A program made the translations under genes and the position numbers. DNA of 63,912 nt, counting the filler, from Octopus bimaculoides (lineage: Eukaryota): the NCBI RefSeq assembly GCF_001194135.2. It is 5 parts of 4 records of this genome, joined end to end, with 100 filler letters (N's around TTAATTAATTAA, not from the genome) between each part and the next. Parts side by side here need not be neighbours in the genome. Positions count along the whole stretch, not along the records: positions 49,656 to 55,987 come from NC_068995.1; positions 56,088 to 61,942 come from NC_069001.1; positions 62,043 to 63,912 come from NW_026346094.1; 2 more parts are not named here. The stretch is one strand, 5' to 3'. The notes beneath the pieces are model-generated. The model was not told the origin of the DNA and ran no database searches. It was given only the letters and a program-made list of their open reading frames with translations. Positions 51,365 through 63,912 of the stretch are shown in pieces. How positions within the stretch are numbered: position 1 is the stretch's first letter; every line of letters starts with the position of its first letter.

Positions 51365-51800
51365 GTTTTAAATTTTGGCTCAAGGCCAACGATTTTCGAG
51401 GAAGGACTAAATCAATTACATCGACCCCAGTGCTCAACTGCCACTTATTTTATCGACACCGAACGGATGAAAGACATAGTGGACCTCGGCAGAATTTGAA
51501 CTCAGAACGGACGAAATGCCCTAAGCATTTTGCCCGGCGTGCTAACGACTCTACCAGCTCACCGCGTTATTTCATTACATTACACTGGTTTCAAATTTTG
51601 GCACAAGGCCAGCAAGTTCGGAGGAGGCCGTAAGCCGTTTACATCGACGCCAGTACTAAACTGGTACTAATTTTATCAACCCCGAAAGGATGAAAGACAA
51701 AGTCACCCCAGGTGAAATTTGAACGCAGAACGTAAAGACTGATGAAATTTCCCTAAGCATTTTTCCCGGCGTGCTAACGACTCTACCAGCTCTACGCCGT
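51365..51800 (-). mobile_element. tandem pair of family A SINEs
   Basis: Two ~210-bp copies (51365-51570 and 51585-51800), both ending CCCGGCGTGCTAACGACTCTACCAGCTC. Confidence 0.8.
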
Positions 51801-52728
51801 ATTTCATTGCCTTATATTGTTACCCTTTCCTAAAGAAAGTAGGATCAAGTTTGAATGAGATTTGGTTGCTATTACTGGCATCGAGGGCCTCGGGAGATGT
51901 GAGAAATATATGTCTTCTGATCTTGATCAACTTTATGACCATATTTAGAAGGGATTACTGAAATGAAATATGAACAATTCCTCTGGTGTTTATCCCTTGG
52001 CCAGGTCTCATTAAATTTAATGCATGACAAAATTTGCAAGCAACGCAGCAGATGGAATTGACAGAAGTGCAGTTAAAGTTTTGTGTGACTATGTACTGGG
52101 TTGGGGTTGGAGTGGTGATGATTGAAATAAAGGGACATGTGTNNNNNNNNNNNNNNNNNNNNNNNNNNNNNNNNNNNNNNNNNNNNNNNNNNNNNNNNNN
52201 NNNNNNNNNNNNNNNNNNNNNNNNNNNNNNNNNNNNNNNNNNNNNNNNNNNNNNNNNNNNNNNNNNNNNNNNNNNNNNNNNNNNNNNNNNNNNNNNNNNN
52301 NNNNNNNNNNNNNNNNNNNNNNNNNNNNNNNNNNNNNNNNNNNNNNNNNNNNNNNNNNNNNNNNNNNNNNNNNNNNNNNNNNNNNNNNNNNNNNNNNNNN
52401 NNNNNNNNNNNNNNNNNNNNNNNNNNNNNNNNNNNNNNNNNNNNNNNNNNNNNNNNNNNNNNNNNNNNNNNNNNNNNNNNNNNNNNNNNNNNNNNNNNNN
52501 NNNNNNNNNNNNNNNNNNNNNNNNNNNNNNNNNNNNNNNNNNNNNNNNNNNNNNNNNNNNNNNNNNNNNNNNNNNNNNNNNNNNNNNNNNNNNNNNNNNN
52601 NNNNNNNNNNNNNNNNNNNNNNNNNNNNNNNNNNNNNNNNNNNNNNNNNNNNNNNNNNNNNNNNNNNNNNNNNNNNNNNNNNNNNNNNNNNNNNNNNNNN
52701 NNNNNNNNNNNNNNNNNNNNNNNNNNNN

Positions 52729-52814
<86 letters not shown>

Positions 52815-53434
52815 TCGTGGTTGTTGAGTTGTTGTCAAGAAAAAGATTGATAATTGAACTTTCAACACCAACTGGATTTAATACCTTAAATATTTTTTAA
52901 AAATTCAATATTTACACCACTCTTTCCTTTCAGAGGCCAATCCACCAATCAGCGCTCTCCTTCCCTATTACTCTGCTACCTATTTACAATTTCATCCCCA
53001 CAGTCTTTGCCCTTCTCCTCCACACTCAAGTTTAACGCTACCTAAACACAATTTTCAAGCAGAAACACTACTGTGAGGTATTAGGTATTTTCTGCTAGTT
53101 ATTACCCGTACTTGATTTCACATATCTTTTTGATCTTTTACTTGTCTCAGTCATTAGAGTGCAGCTATACTGGGGCACCCCCTTGAAGAAGTTTTAGTCG
53201 AATGAATCCACCTCGGTACGTCTTTTGTAAACCTGGTACTTATTCTATTGGTCTGTTTAACCGAACACTTGAAATTTAAGTTGAAGGGTCAATATTAAAA
53301 AAAAAAAAAAGAAGCGTGGGATGGGCACAAAGGATTCCAAGAGTCGCCGAAACAATCAAATCTATAAACTAGTTATAAATTATAATGCTATAATAAAAAG
53401 AATTCCAGTTGTGTTCTCGTTTCAGTATAGCAAC

Positions 53435-53650
53435 TCTTATTCTTTTCTACTCTAGGCACAAGGACCGAAATTTTTTGGGAGGGGCCAGTCGATTAGATCG
53501 ACTCCAGTACTGGTACTTAATTTATCGACCCCGAAATGATGAAAAGCAAAGACAATCTCGGCGGAATTTGAACTCAGAACATAAAAACAGACGAAATACC
53601 ATTAAGCATTTCGCCGGGCGTGCTAACGTCTTTGCCAGCTCACTGCCTTA
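53435..53650 (-). mobile_element. SINE family A, near full length
   Basis: GGCACAAGGACCGAAATTT...GATTAGATCGAC...CGGCGGAATTTGAACTCAGAAC...CGGGCGTGCTAACG. Confidence 0.8.
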
Positions 53651-53939
53651 ATATAGCCACTTTTATTAGACAATAATAATTTACTTGAATATGTTTTCAA
53701 ATTTGTAAATAATTCTCTAACTCACAAAAAAGAAAAAAAAAGAAACTAAAATATCAATATCCTTTGAAAACTTTAAACGGCTTTTGTGGCAAATTTGTAA
53801 AATATTGACTATTTCAATCCACCACCGAACGTATCAAGTTTACCCAGACACATCAACTTCACTTTGGCCAGGGGGGCCGGCCACCAGTTTCTTCTGACCC
53901 TGTTTCTCATTGCTTTTAGTTTCAATGATTTATAATTTC

Positions 53940-54080
53940 TTCAGCTCCTTACGTCTTGGGGTTCAAATTCCTCCGAGGTAAACTTTGCCTGCTATCCTTT
54001 CGAGTTCAACGAAATAAAAACGTAGTCAAATACGGGGTTGATAGTACCGACCGACTTACCCATCCCCTCAAAATTAGGTC
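53940..54080 (+). mobile_element. SINE family A, partial
   Basis: GGGTTCAAATTCCTCCGAGG...CTATCCTTTCGAGTT...GGGGTTGATAGTACCGACCGAC. Confidence 0.55.
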
Positions 54081-54915
54081 CAGTTTAGTTTGTCTCAGCG
54101 TCGACTTTGATTTTCATAACATCGACGTCATCAGTAATATAATTACACAGTGTAACAAACTTTTAATTTTTTTTTGGTCTTCGGTCAGCAAATTTTATTT
54201 TCTATTTACTTCTATCTAGAAATCAAAGGAAATGACTACTATTCCCTTCAAACTTTGATTTTGTGACTTGAACACCAATGTTTTGAAACTGACTTATTTT
54301 CCATTATATTTCAGGTGAATTCAGCACTGAGTTGCTGAAACAGAACTATCGTTATAGCAAATATTCTGCTTAATATCACAGATTTGCTTTTCAGTTGTTT
54401 GACCTCACCACTTGAGCATGTCTCTTAGTGGCTGACAATATATGCATCTCTGATCATGAACAGAAACAGTGGGGGAGCATCATAGCCATATATTGAGAGA
54501 AATTCTTTGGAGTTTGATATAAATGTAACAAAAGCAAAGTTTGAAAGAAATATTAGCCATTTTTCATACAACTAGGGGTAAGCAAATAGAAAATAACAGT
54601 TGTTACCCAAGGACAAAAATCGTGTAATACAGTGTTCTCTGTATAATACACTAGGATTAAGTTACATAATCCATAATACGCCGGGATTAAGTCAATTGGC
54701 TAGACACAATTCCCTACCTATCACTCCTCACTAATTAAATTACTTTTAATGTGAAACATTAAAAGCAACTTGATTAGACACCATGGGGTTCTGTTACATA
54801 TTTTTGAGTCTCCGTTGAAGTGACATCAATTCAAGCAGGCTTCTACGTCTTTAGGAAATGTAAAAATAGCACAACAAACCATCCCTCCTTCCTTATAATC
54901 AAAAGGCCAATAGAT

Positions 54916-55320
54916 GCAGGGGGTGGCTGTGTGGTAAGAAGCTCGCTTCCCAGCCACATGGTCCTGGGTTCAGTCTCACTGCGTGGCATTGGGGCAAGTG
55001 TCTTTTACTCGAGCCGACCAAAGCCTTATGAGTGTATTTGGTAAACGGAAACTGAAAGAATCCCGTCGTACATATGTATATTTTTATGTGTCTTTGTGTC
55101 TGTGTTGTCCCCTCACCACCATCGCTTGACAACTGATGGTGTGTTTACGTCCTCGTAACTTTGTAGTTCGGCAAAAGAGACCTAAAGAATAAATACCAGA
55201 ATTACAAAGAATAATACGGAGCTTACAAAGAATAACTACTGGGGCCGATTTGTTCGACTAAAACCTTTCAAGGTGGTGCTCCAGCATGGCTGCAGTCAAA
55301 TGACTGAAACAAGTAAAAGA
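54916..55320 (+). mobile_element. SINE family B, full length
   Basis: Colinear with 48477-48930. Confidence 0.85.
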
Positions 55321-56087
55321 ATAAAAAAATACCAAGTGAAAGGTAGCTGCTATTTTATACCGCCAGGTGTAATATTTATGGACTGAGCCTCAAAAAGCAG
55401 TTTTATTTTACAGATAATACAAGAGCGGGGAAATACATGAATGTCACCTTTCGGACTACAGATATTTCATATGCTAGAAGTGGTTAAAGAACTTGCAAAA
55501 TTCTTGCCTCTCTCTTAAATGTTAAGTATATAAAAGGCTTTTTCTATCAGGAATCGAAACTGCGTTGCGGAACTGGATTATAAAATGCTTAAATTTTTGT
55601 TCTACGTCTTCTTTCATGGCTTATTTGTTCTAAACAGAGTAAAAGTCAGATGTCGAGTTGATAAAATGTTAGCATGTTAGAAGTATTGAATTACTTAGAG
55701 AAAACAAAGTTAAATAATACAGGAATTACGTATTTGTATTTAGATTTTAAATTTAACATCCATTTAGATGTCCCATTTAATTGAGGTTTACCTCCTTAAT
55801 CTATGTTTCTTAATGTAAATATTGTATAGTGTTAATGACATTTCTAAGTAACGAAAGTAGTTTTTCTAGATTTCCACTTGAATACTACAATGAGCGTGTG
55901 CTCAGTTAATTGTATCCATTATTCATTTTCACATGCAGAGCTGCGGGTGATTTAATGAATATCTAACTACCAATAAATGAATGAACTNNNNNNNNNNNNN
56001 NNNNNNNNNNNNNNNNNNNNNNNNNNNNNNNTTAATTAATTAANNNNNNNNNNNNNNNNNNNNNNNNNNNNNNNNNNNNNNNNNNNN

Positions 56088-56122
<35 letters not shown>

Positions 56123-56999
56123 TATATATTTTCCCCCACCACCTCCTTTTATTTTTCCTTCCTCTTCATCTAAGAATTCGTTAAGGTGATTGTCGGAGAG
56201 TAAAACTTAGAAATCGCAATTATATTCTTTCGTGAATTCATGAAGGCAATTCTAGCTGTGTTCCAAAAGAAAAACTACCAAACTAAGAAGAATTTAGAAT
56301 TTCTGTGCCACTTTATGCAGGATAATTTCAATATTTTTCTCATATTCTTCAACAGGAATTATTCCACAACATGGGCTTTATAAAGGGGGCGGAAGGTGGA
56401 GAAGAAGGAAGGCGAAAAAAGGGGTTGATTTATTCAAATTCACAAGCAGGAAATTGATCCGAACACGAAAGGAAGAAAAGTAAAAGAGAAAAACGAACGA
56501 AACGATTTTTATATTTTTCAAAGAGCCTTTTCTTATCGTTAGGGAAGAAAATGCGGAAACGCAGCAACGGTGTACATAATAGAAGGGAATTTATGAGGTC
56601 TTATGTATCGATTATTCCAATTAAGAGATCGATATTTAAGATAAATGCGCGTAGAGAAAGGACAAGAAAAGAGATCAGAGAGAAAGAGTGAGGGGGAAGG
56701 TGACGTTGAATACAAACGTTGTATGGGAGATAACTCTAGATGGACTACTGAGAAATCTATCGGTTGCTTACGATTTTATCAAACATCAGTTCGGAAAAAA
56801 ATTCGATTTGATAGACATGTGACTTGGTGATTTTTGACAAGGGTGTTTGCCAATATTTTTTTGTGGTTTTTCTGCTTGTTGTTTTTTGTTCTTATTAAAA
56901 TTATTTTTCCTTCAGTCTTGTAATCCTTTCCTTTCGAACCGACTAAGAGAGAAAGGAAGAAATAAAAACATCTTATTAATTTTTATTTCCCTGCTTTAA

Positions 57000-57057
<58 letters not shown>

Positions 57058-58584
57058 GTATGTATATATATATAATGTTATTATTTTATTTTTGTTTTTA
57101 TTTACTTGTTAGTATTAGTAAAAGAAAGAAATTCTTTAATATGAATTAACGGTGTGGTTACACGGACAAAAAGGAAAAAAAAAATCCACCACAGCACCCA
57201 CTACAAATTCTCTCACCCACCCCCAAATTTAATAAAAGGAAGGAAGAAAGAAAGAAAAAGCTTAGCATTATCTGATGACGATATTTCGAAATTTCTGTCA
57301 GACACCTTTCGGAATGACTAATGAGATAATAATAGCAGACCACAAGAATACCGGTGGAGGAATAAGTGTATATACATATGTATATATATATACATATATA
57401 TATACACACACACACATACACATACATATATGCAAATGTGTGTGTGTAATACAAAAAAATGAAATAAAACAAATCTTTCATACATAATCGATTCCGTTCC
57501 ACGTTTTTAATATAGATGCATACATATATTTACATGTATATACATACATACATATGTGTGTATATATACATATATTTGTGTGTGTGTGAGTGTGTGTGTA
57601 TATGTATATTTATATATTTATATATACATACATATATACACACATATATATATGCATGTGTCTGTATGTGTGTGTATATGTATATTTATAGATTTATATA
57701 TACATAAATATATACACACATATATATATATGCGTGTGTGTGTGTGTGTGATCTTATCTTGGTGATTGAAGATTGAAGGTAAGGCCTACTTGTATGAGCG
57801 TTAACACCTCTATTCCACCTTCAAACAAACATCACCGAGTCGTTCCTTATAAGGAAAGCCGAAAATGAAAGTGTGTGTGTGTGTACAGCTGAAATAATTG
57901 GTTAAATAGCTTTAATTTTCATGGCAGACACCACATACATAGTAANNNNNNNNNNNNNNNNNNNNNNNNNNNNNNNNNNNNNNNNNNNNNNNNNNNNNNN
58001 NNNNNNNNNNNNNNNNNNNNNNNNNNNNNNNNNNNNNNNNNNNNNNNNNNNNNNNNNNNNNNNNNNNNNNNNNNNNNNNNNNNNNNNNNNNNNNNNNNNN
58101 NNNNNNNNNNNNNNNNNNNNNNNNNNNNNNNNNNNNNNNNNNNNNNNNNNNNNNNNNNNNNNNNNNNNNNNNNNNNNNNNNNNNNNNNNNNNNNNNNNNN
58201 NNNNNNNNNNNNNNNNNNNNNNNNNNNNNNNNNNNNNNNNNNNNNNNNNNNNNNNNNNNNNNNNNNNNNNNNNNNNNNNNNNNNNNNNNNNNNNNNNNNN
58301 NATATATATGCACACACACATGCATTCACACACACATTGGTTGTAGTAGGTGATTCCAGTAGAAATGGAACAGACCATAATTAAAGTTAGGTACTCAATA
58401 CATCAATTAGAGTGTATGTTAATTTATTTAATTAATCAATTAATGACTCTTATCAAACAGGTATTGTTGCTTTCAATGCATTCATGGAGAATCTCACTCA
58501 CGCACATGTACATACATACACATGCACACAGATGCATACACACACATATACATACATATGCAGACACACACACACATATAATCT

Positions 58585-58790
58585 TCATCATCATCATCAC
58601 CACATCCACTTTTCCAAACTTTCGTAGAATGGAGGGAGTATCCTTGAGGTAGATTTTCTACAGCTGGATGCTTTTTCTATTGCCAACCTTTATTTGTTTC
58701 CTTCCATGCAGAGAAATATTCCCAGTGGCCAGACATGTTTTCATGGAAGACTGGAAATGAAGTCAATACATGCACATGGTCTTCTAGAGA
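58585..58790 (-). mobile_element. short repeat resembling the RTE 3' tail
   Basis: (CAT)n-ACATCCACTTTTCC...GAGGTAGATTTTCTA. Related copies at ~25845-26085(-), 36565-36790(-), 61285-61365(-), 46625-46715(+) and 49030-49230(+) share the GCATGG...TTAAATGATGATG end of 28150-28350. Confidence 0.55.
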
Positions 58791-59064
58791 AATTTTGTCA
58801 GACAGAAAACCTTCCACCCTTAAATTTTGTTGTTGCTTTTCATTTTTTACATTTATCGGTATCTCTGACAGAGCTTTCATAAAAGTCTAAATTGACCTGA
58901 AAAAAAGGGAGTCAGTCTTCCATGGTGAAATATTTTTTTGCTTTGAGTGAGGCGAGAGAAGGGCGTCTGGCTATAGAGAATCTGCCTCGACAAATTTCTT
59001 CTCACCCATACAAGTTTTGAAAAGTGGACATATGATTTTGTTGTCATCTCAGTGACCAAGATGT

Positions 59065-59220
59065 GAAGGCACACGGCTCAGTGGTAAGAGCACTGGTCTC
59101 ACAATCATGCAGTAGTGAATTCTATTCCCGGACCAGGCTGTGCTGTGTCCTTGAGCAAGACACTTTATTCCACTTTGCTTCAGTTCATTCAGCTGTAGAA
59201 ATAAGCTGCAACTCTACGAA
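59065..59220 (+). mobile_element. third tRNA-derived SINE with a CORE-like central block
   Basis: GGCTCAGTGGTAAGAGCACTGG (A box), GAATTCTATTCCC (B-box-like), then GTCCTTGAGCAAGACACTTTATT...TTCAGCTG. Confidence 0.6.
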
Positions 59221-59944
59221 CATTTGTTGGCCTACACAAACCCCTTTTTACCTGTGCAATGAAGTGACCCATATTAATCTGGCCTCCTTCTTTGGTTCTG
59301 TCCAGTATGGAAGGCCCTACCAGTAGCTGGCACTCCCCGAGCATAACCCTCAGGGTCACTAAGGCACACAAGGGGCTAACTGTTATAGTAAACATACATT
59401 ACATAGGTATTGAATAAATAGAAAATTGTTCAAAAGGGACCAGTTATAAAAACCCTGGAGTTTCACAAAAGTCTGGTACAATTAGGAAAAAAATTAAAAT
59501 AGGGATCAGTTTTAATATACAGTGAATATATTAAAATAGGCTGAGAAAACCTAAGTAATTAGTAATGCATGCATTAAATGGGGGAGAGTGAACGAGAAAA
59601 CCTAGACAATAGAAAGTTCTAATGAGTAACATACATAAATTATGTGGGGTTTCATAATCTGGGGAAATACAGAAAGGGTCTTTCATAACAAATAATGGAG
59701 ATGTGTTACATGTATTGTAAATGGCTGCTTGAAACAGTGCAGCAGATTAATATGATCAACTAATTAATGCATCGTCAATTGGAGATGGACTGTAAGAATT
59801 TTAATAATGCAAACTCTGTGTCCTCAACGCTAATGAAAACAACTGTGTAGACATAGATCTAATTAGTTAAATTAATTCACAGATGTCTTGTCTTCGGAGC
59901 AGACATTACACATGTACAATGTGTGTGTGTGTGTGTGTGTGTGT

Positions 59945-59985
<41 letters not shown>

Positions 59986-61699
59986 TAACTAGAAAGAAAT
60001 ATATTAATTTAAGAGTGTGTATATACAATTCTGAAGATATATCCATCAATATGCTTGTACATTTAAGAAAAAGAGTGGGTGTGTATATATATGTATAAAT
60101 GTACATATACTATATATATGTATGTGTGCTTNNNNNNNNNNNNNNNNNNNNNNNNNNNNNNNNNNNNNNNNNNNNNNNNNNNNNNNNNNNNNNNNNNNNN
60201 NNNNNNNNNNNNNNNNNNNNNNNNNNNNNNNNNNNNNNNNNNNNNNNNNNNNNNNNNNNNNNNNNNNNNNNNNNNNNNNNNNNNNNNNNNNNNNNNNNNN
60301 NNNNNNNNNNNNNNNNNNNNNNNNNNNNNNNNNNNNNNNNNNNNNNNNNNNNNNNNNNNNNNNNNNNNNNNNNNNNNNNNNNNNNNNNNNNATATATATA
60401 TATATATGCACACAAACACACACACACACATACATACAAAAGTACATATACAAGATGATTATGTGTATATTAATAGAGAGAGAGGGAGAGAGACGGTTGT
60501 ATGGAGACATAAATATACGAGACATCAATTTAGGTCTTTTAATAAATGAGCAACACAAAAGAGTGCCATACAATTGACCATTTTACAGAGTTAAAGAATC
60601 AGAAAGAAAATATGATTAAAGACTTTCTAAGTTTTATATTTTTGTGAAGAATCGGTACTTCCATTTATGATCTCCTCGAAGAAATGAATGGTTATATTCA
60701 ATACGATAAGTTCTTTTCTGTTCAAATCATGTGTCTGTGCCTGTGTATGCTGTAGGCATTTGATGATATACCGGAATAGGTCTGGCTGTGTGGTTAAGAT
60801 GCTCACTTTGTAACCATGTGGGTTTCGGGTTCAGTCCTCCAGTACAGCACCTTGGGCAGGTGCTTTTTACGATAGCTCCAGGCTGACCAATGCCCTGTGA
60901 GTGAGTCTGATTGGTGGAAACTGTGTAGAGGGTTGCCAGATATACATTATATAAATATATACCTATATATATATATATATATTTATATATATGAATAAAA
61001 ATTAAAAAAATATATACAAAGGGTTTTGTATGATCGTGTATAGAGGAATATATTATTTAAAAGAGTTCCAACTCTGTCTGTTTTTTATGTTTTATTTATA
61101 TTCTTATAAAATTAATGTGGGATATAGAATATGCAATATATAATATAAATAGTAAAATGAAATGAAGTATTGAATGTCTCATTGAATATATGAAACATTG
61201 AATATTAAATATACAAGGACTAGTATACTTTCCTGCCTCATGGCAGTCATCAAGGTCCCGTCTGACAATACACAAATATATATGTATATCATCATCATCA
61301 TCGTTTAACGTCCGCTTTCCATGCTAGCATGGGTTGGACGATTTGACTGAGGACTGGTGAAACCGCAGCCCAATGCTAGAACACAGGACTAGAAGACACT
61401 TTCTCAAGGTTCCACGCAGTAGGATCGAACCCAAAACCACGTGATTGTTAAGCAAACTTCTTAACCACACACACACCCATACCTGCATCTTTATGCCAAA
61501 CAGATTCAGCTGCTATTTCTTGGTAGCAGATTAAGCAACCGCATAGAGGGCTTCCTCTTTCGAGAGTTGCATAATGTAGTCGATATAACAACAAACGAGG
61601 CCCCTCCTTAACAATTACAGCAAAACAAACACTAAAACAAAAACATGTAAGGCCCCTTTGTATCTGTTTTGGAATCATTGTTTTTTTTTTTTTGTTATT

Positions 61700-61922
61700 T
61701 CTTCTCTATTTCCATGTTGTTCTTCTCCATCGTAACATCATCTCTTGGAGTTACAGAAACAGTCTGGTCATCAATAGTGATTCTTTGCCTTGTCTCTAAA
61801 CCAATTATTCGCTCATAATTGAACACCAAACTTAATAACATATTGATGATGTTATTGTATTATTGACGGAGATCAATTTTTTTTCCGCGCCAATATTCCT
61901 GATATTTTTGCCTGATGTTGTC
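61700..61922 (-). pseudogene. decayed coding fragment, unidentified
   Basis: ~80 codons with a single TAA: IKGWSEDNIRQKYQEYWRGKKIDLRQ*YNNIINMLLSLVFNYERIIGLETRQRITIDDQTVSVTPRDDVTMEKNNMEIEKK. Abuts a gap spacer. Confidence 0.35.
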
Positions 61923-62220
61923 TTCTGACCATCCTTTTATTGNNNNNNNNNNNNNNNNNNNNNNNNNNNNNNNNNNNNNNNNNNNNTTAATTAATTAANN
62001 NNNNNNNNNNNNNNNNNNNNNNNNNNNNNNNNNNNNNNNNNNTGTGTGTGTGTGTGTGTGTGTGTGTGTATTGTTGACAAAGGCTGCGTGGCGTTCAATT
62101 ATTAAATAAAAATGAAAAAGTACATGTTAAGTACAAGACATCAGCAACGAGCGAAAAATACGTAAACACATAACGGGAGACAAGTACGGGACAAAATACC
62201 AAAAGGAGTCTAACTCCTCC

Positions 62221-62540
62221 TCAGTTGTTCATGGGTAAATTGTCACCATTTTACATTTTTTATTTCGCGCAGGCGCATTGTTTGTTTTTGATTTTGTCAA
62301 CTACACTGTATAGTAGGGTCATTTGGGCAACGTCTGTGAGAAAAACAGCACCATGATGCAATTCAGTCTGCCAGAAATTTGGAAACGACGTACTGTGTTG
62401 CTTGGCATTCGCGTCGGAAGCTCCAATACGAATATTTCAGATTGTTTGGGTGTCAGTCTGAGGACAGAGCACTCTGAGCACATGTACCGTGAGTGATAAA
62501 AATCAAACATCTAGTCAACATCATGGCGTTTAGAGGAGTC
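62221..62540 (+). mobile_element. internally deleted Tc1/mariner (DD37D/maT-like) transposon remnant
   Basis: ATG at 62353 gives MMQFSLPEIWKRRTVLLGIRVGSSNTNISDCLGVSLRT (HTH N-terminus), joined directly to VP*VIKIKHLVNIMAF, which resembles the K(T/I)KHPxxxMVFG block of the catalytic domain. Confidence 0.65.
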
Positions 62541-63674
62541 TTAGACATTTACCGCCCCCCCCCCTATGGATAATAACCACCAAGAACAATTACCTCTGAG
62601 GACAACAGATGATGATCTAAAATTTCTTAATTTATTAGAGAAGGGGTAATTAACCAAAGGGGGAATNNNNNNNNNNNNNNNNNNNNNNNNNNNNNNNNNN
62701 NNNNNNNNNNNNNNNNNNNNNNNNNNNNNNNNNNNNNNNNNNNNNNNNNNNNNNNNNNNNNNNNNNNNNNNNNNNNNNNNNNNNNNNNNNNNNNNNNNNN
62801 NNNNNNNNNNNNNNNNNNNNNNNNNNNNNNNNNNNNNNNNNNNNNNNNNNNNNNNNNNNNNNNNNNNNNNNNNNNNNNNNNNNNNNNNNNNNNNNNNNNN
62901 NNNNNNNNNNNNNNNNNNNNNNNNNNNNNNNNNNNNNNNNNNNNNNNNNNNNNNNNNNNNNNNNNNNNNNNNNNNNNNNNNNNNNNNNNNNNNNNNNNNN
63001 NNNNNNNNNNNNNNNNNNNNNNNNNNNNNNNNNNNNNNNNNNNNNNNNNNNNNNNNNNNNNNNNNNNNNNNNNNNNNNNNNNNNNNNNNNNNNNNNNNNN
63101 NNNNNNNNNNNNNNNNNNNNNNNNNNNNNNNNNNNNNNNNNNNNNNNNNNNNNNNNNNNNNNNNNNNNNNNNNNNNNNNNNNNNNNNNNNNNNNNNNNNN
63201 NNNNNNNNNNNNNNNNNNNNNNNNNNNNNNNNNNNNNNNNNNNNNNNNNNNNNNNNNNNNNNNNNNNNNNNNNNNNNNNNNNNNNNNNNNNNNNNNNNNN
63301 NNNNNNNNNNNNNNNNNNNNNNNNNNNNNNNNNNNNNNNNNNNNNNNNNNNNNNNNNNNNNNNNNNNNNNNNNNNNNNNNNNNNNNNNNNNNNNNNNNNN
63401 NNNNNNNNNNNNNNNNNNNNNNNNNNNNNNNNNNNNNNNNNNNNNNNNNNNNNNNNNNNNNNNNNNNNNNNNNNNNNNNNNNNNNNNNNNNNNNNNNNNN
63501 NNNNNNNNNNNNNNNNNNNNNNNNNNNNNNNATTTACTCTTTAGTATTTCAAGATATTTTTATGTAATTTTGGTAAATATATCTGTTAAAATGAGATGTC
63601 TGTGTTATTTTAATTTTTGCGTAATAAAGACGACAGTTTATTCACCGCACCCTATATATTCTTCTAATCTTTAA

Positions 63675-63912
63675 TTCTTTTACTTATTTCAGTCATTTGA
63701 CTGTGGCCATGCTGTAGCACCGCCTTTAGTTGAACAAATCGACCCCAGAACTTATTCTTTGTAAGCCTACTACTTATTCTATCGATATCTTTCGCCGATC
63801 CGCTAGATTACGGGGACTTAAACACACCAACATCGGTTGTCAAGTGATGGTGGGAGACTCAAACATACACACACGACGGGCTTCTTTCAGTTTCCGTCTA
63901 CCAAATCCACTC
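63675..63912 (-). mobile_element. SINE family B (runs off the window end)
   Basis: Reverse complement of the right arm plus CTTTCAGTTTCCGTCTACCAAATCCACTC. Confidence 0.8.

Noticed and set aside
23572-61998. TTAATTAATTAA islands inside N runs (23572, 49600, 56032, 61987)
   Set aside because: Identical N44-12mer-N44 constructs with six-frame stops are assembly spacers, not biology.

Overview
AT-rich animal genomic DNA with many gaps and microsatellites. The SINE/LINE complement and gene content suggest an octopod cephalopod (inference). The only clearly intact coding region is the very long first coding exon of a MyoD-family (MRF) bHLH gene (+, 4495-6435), ending at a GTGAGT donor; I could not find its downstream exons in the window. 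The other ~57 kb holds tRNA-derived SINEs, RTE and R4/Dong LINE fragments, a deleted Tc1/mariner, two Penelope-like repeats with a hammerhead-like core, and simple repeats. The main non-obvious result, from manual six-frame reading, is two decayed, colinear paralogs of a large protein I could not identify, lying tail-to-tail. The minus-strand copy (~46.3/48.5 kb to 32.9 kb) keeps canonical GT-AG introns. The plus-strand copy (~23.1-29.1 kb) is contiguous at three of those intron positions and is split by an RTE insertion. A CpG-depleted domain (~25.8-49.5 kb) covers the spliced copy. All alignments and counts were done by eye; repeat boundaries are approximate.
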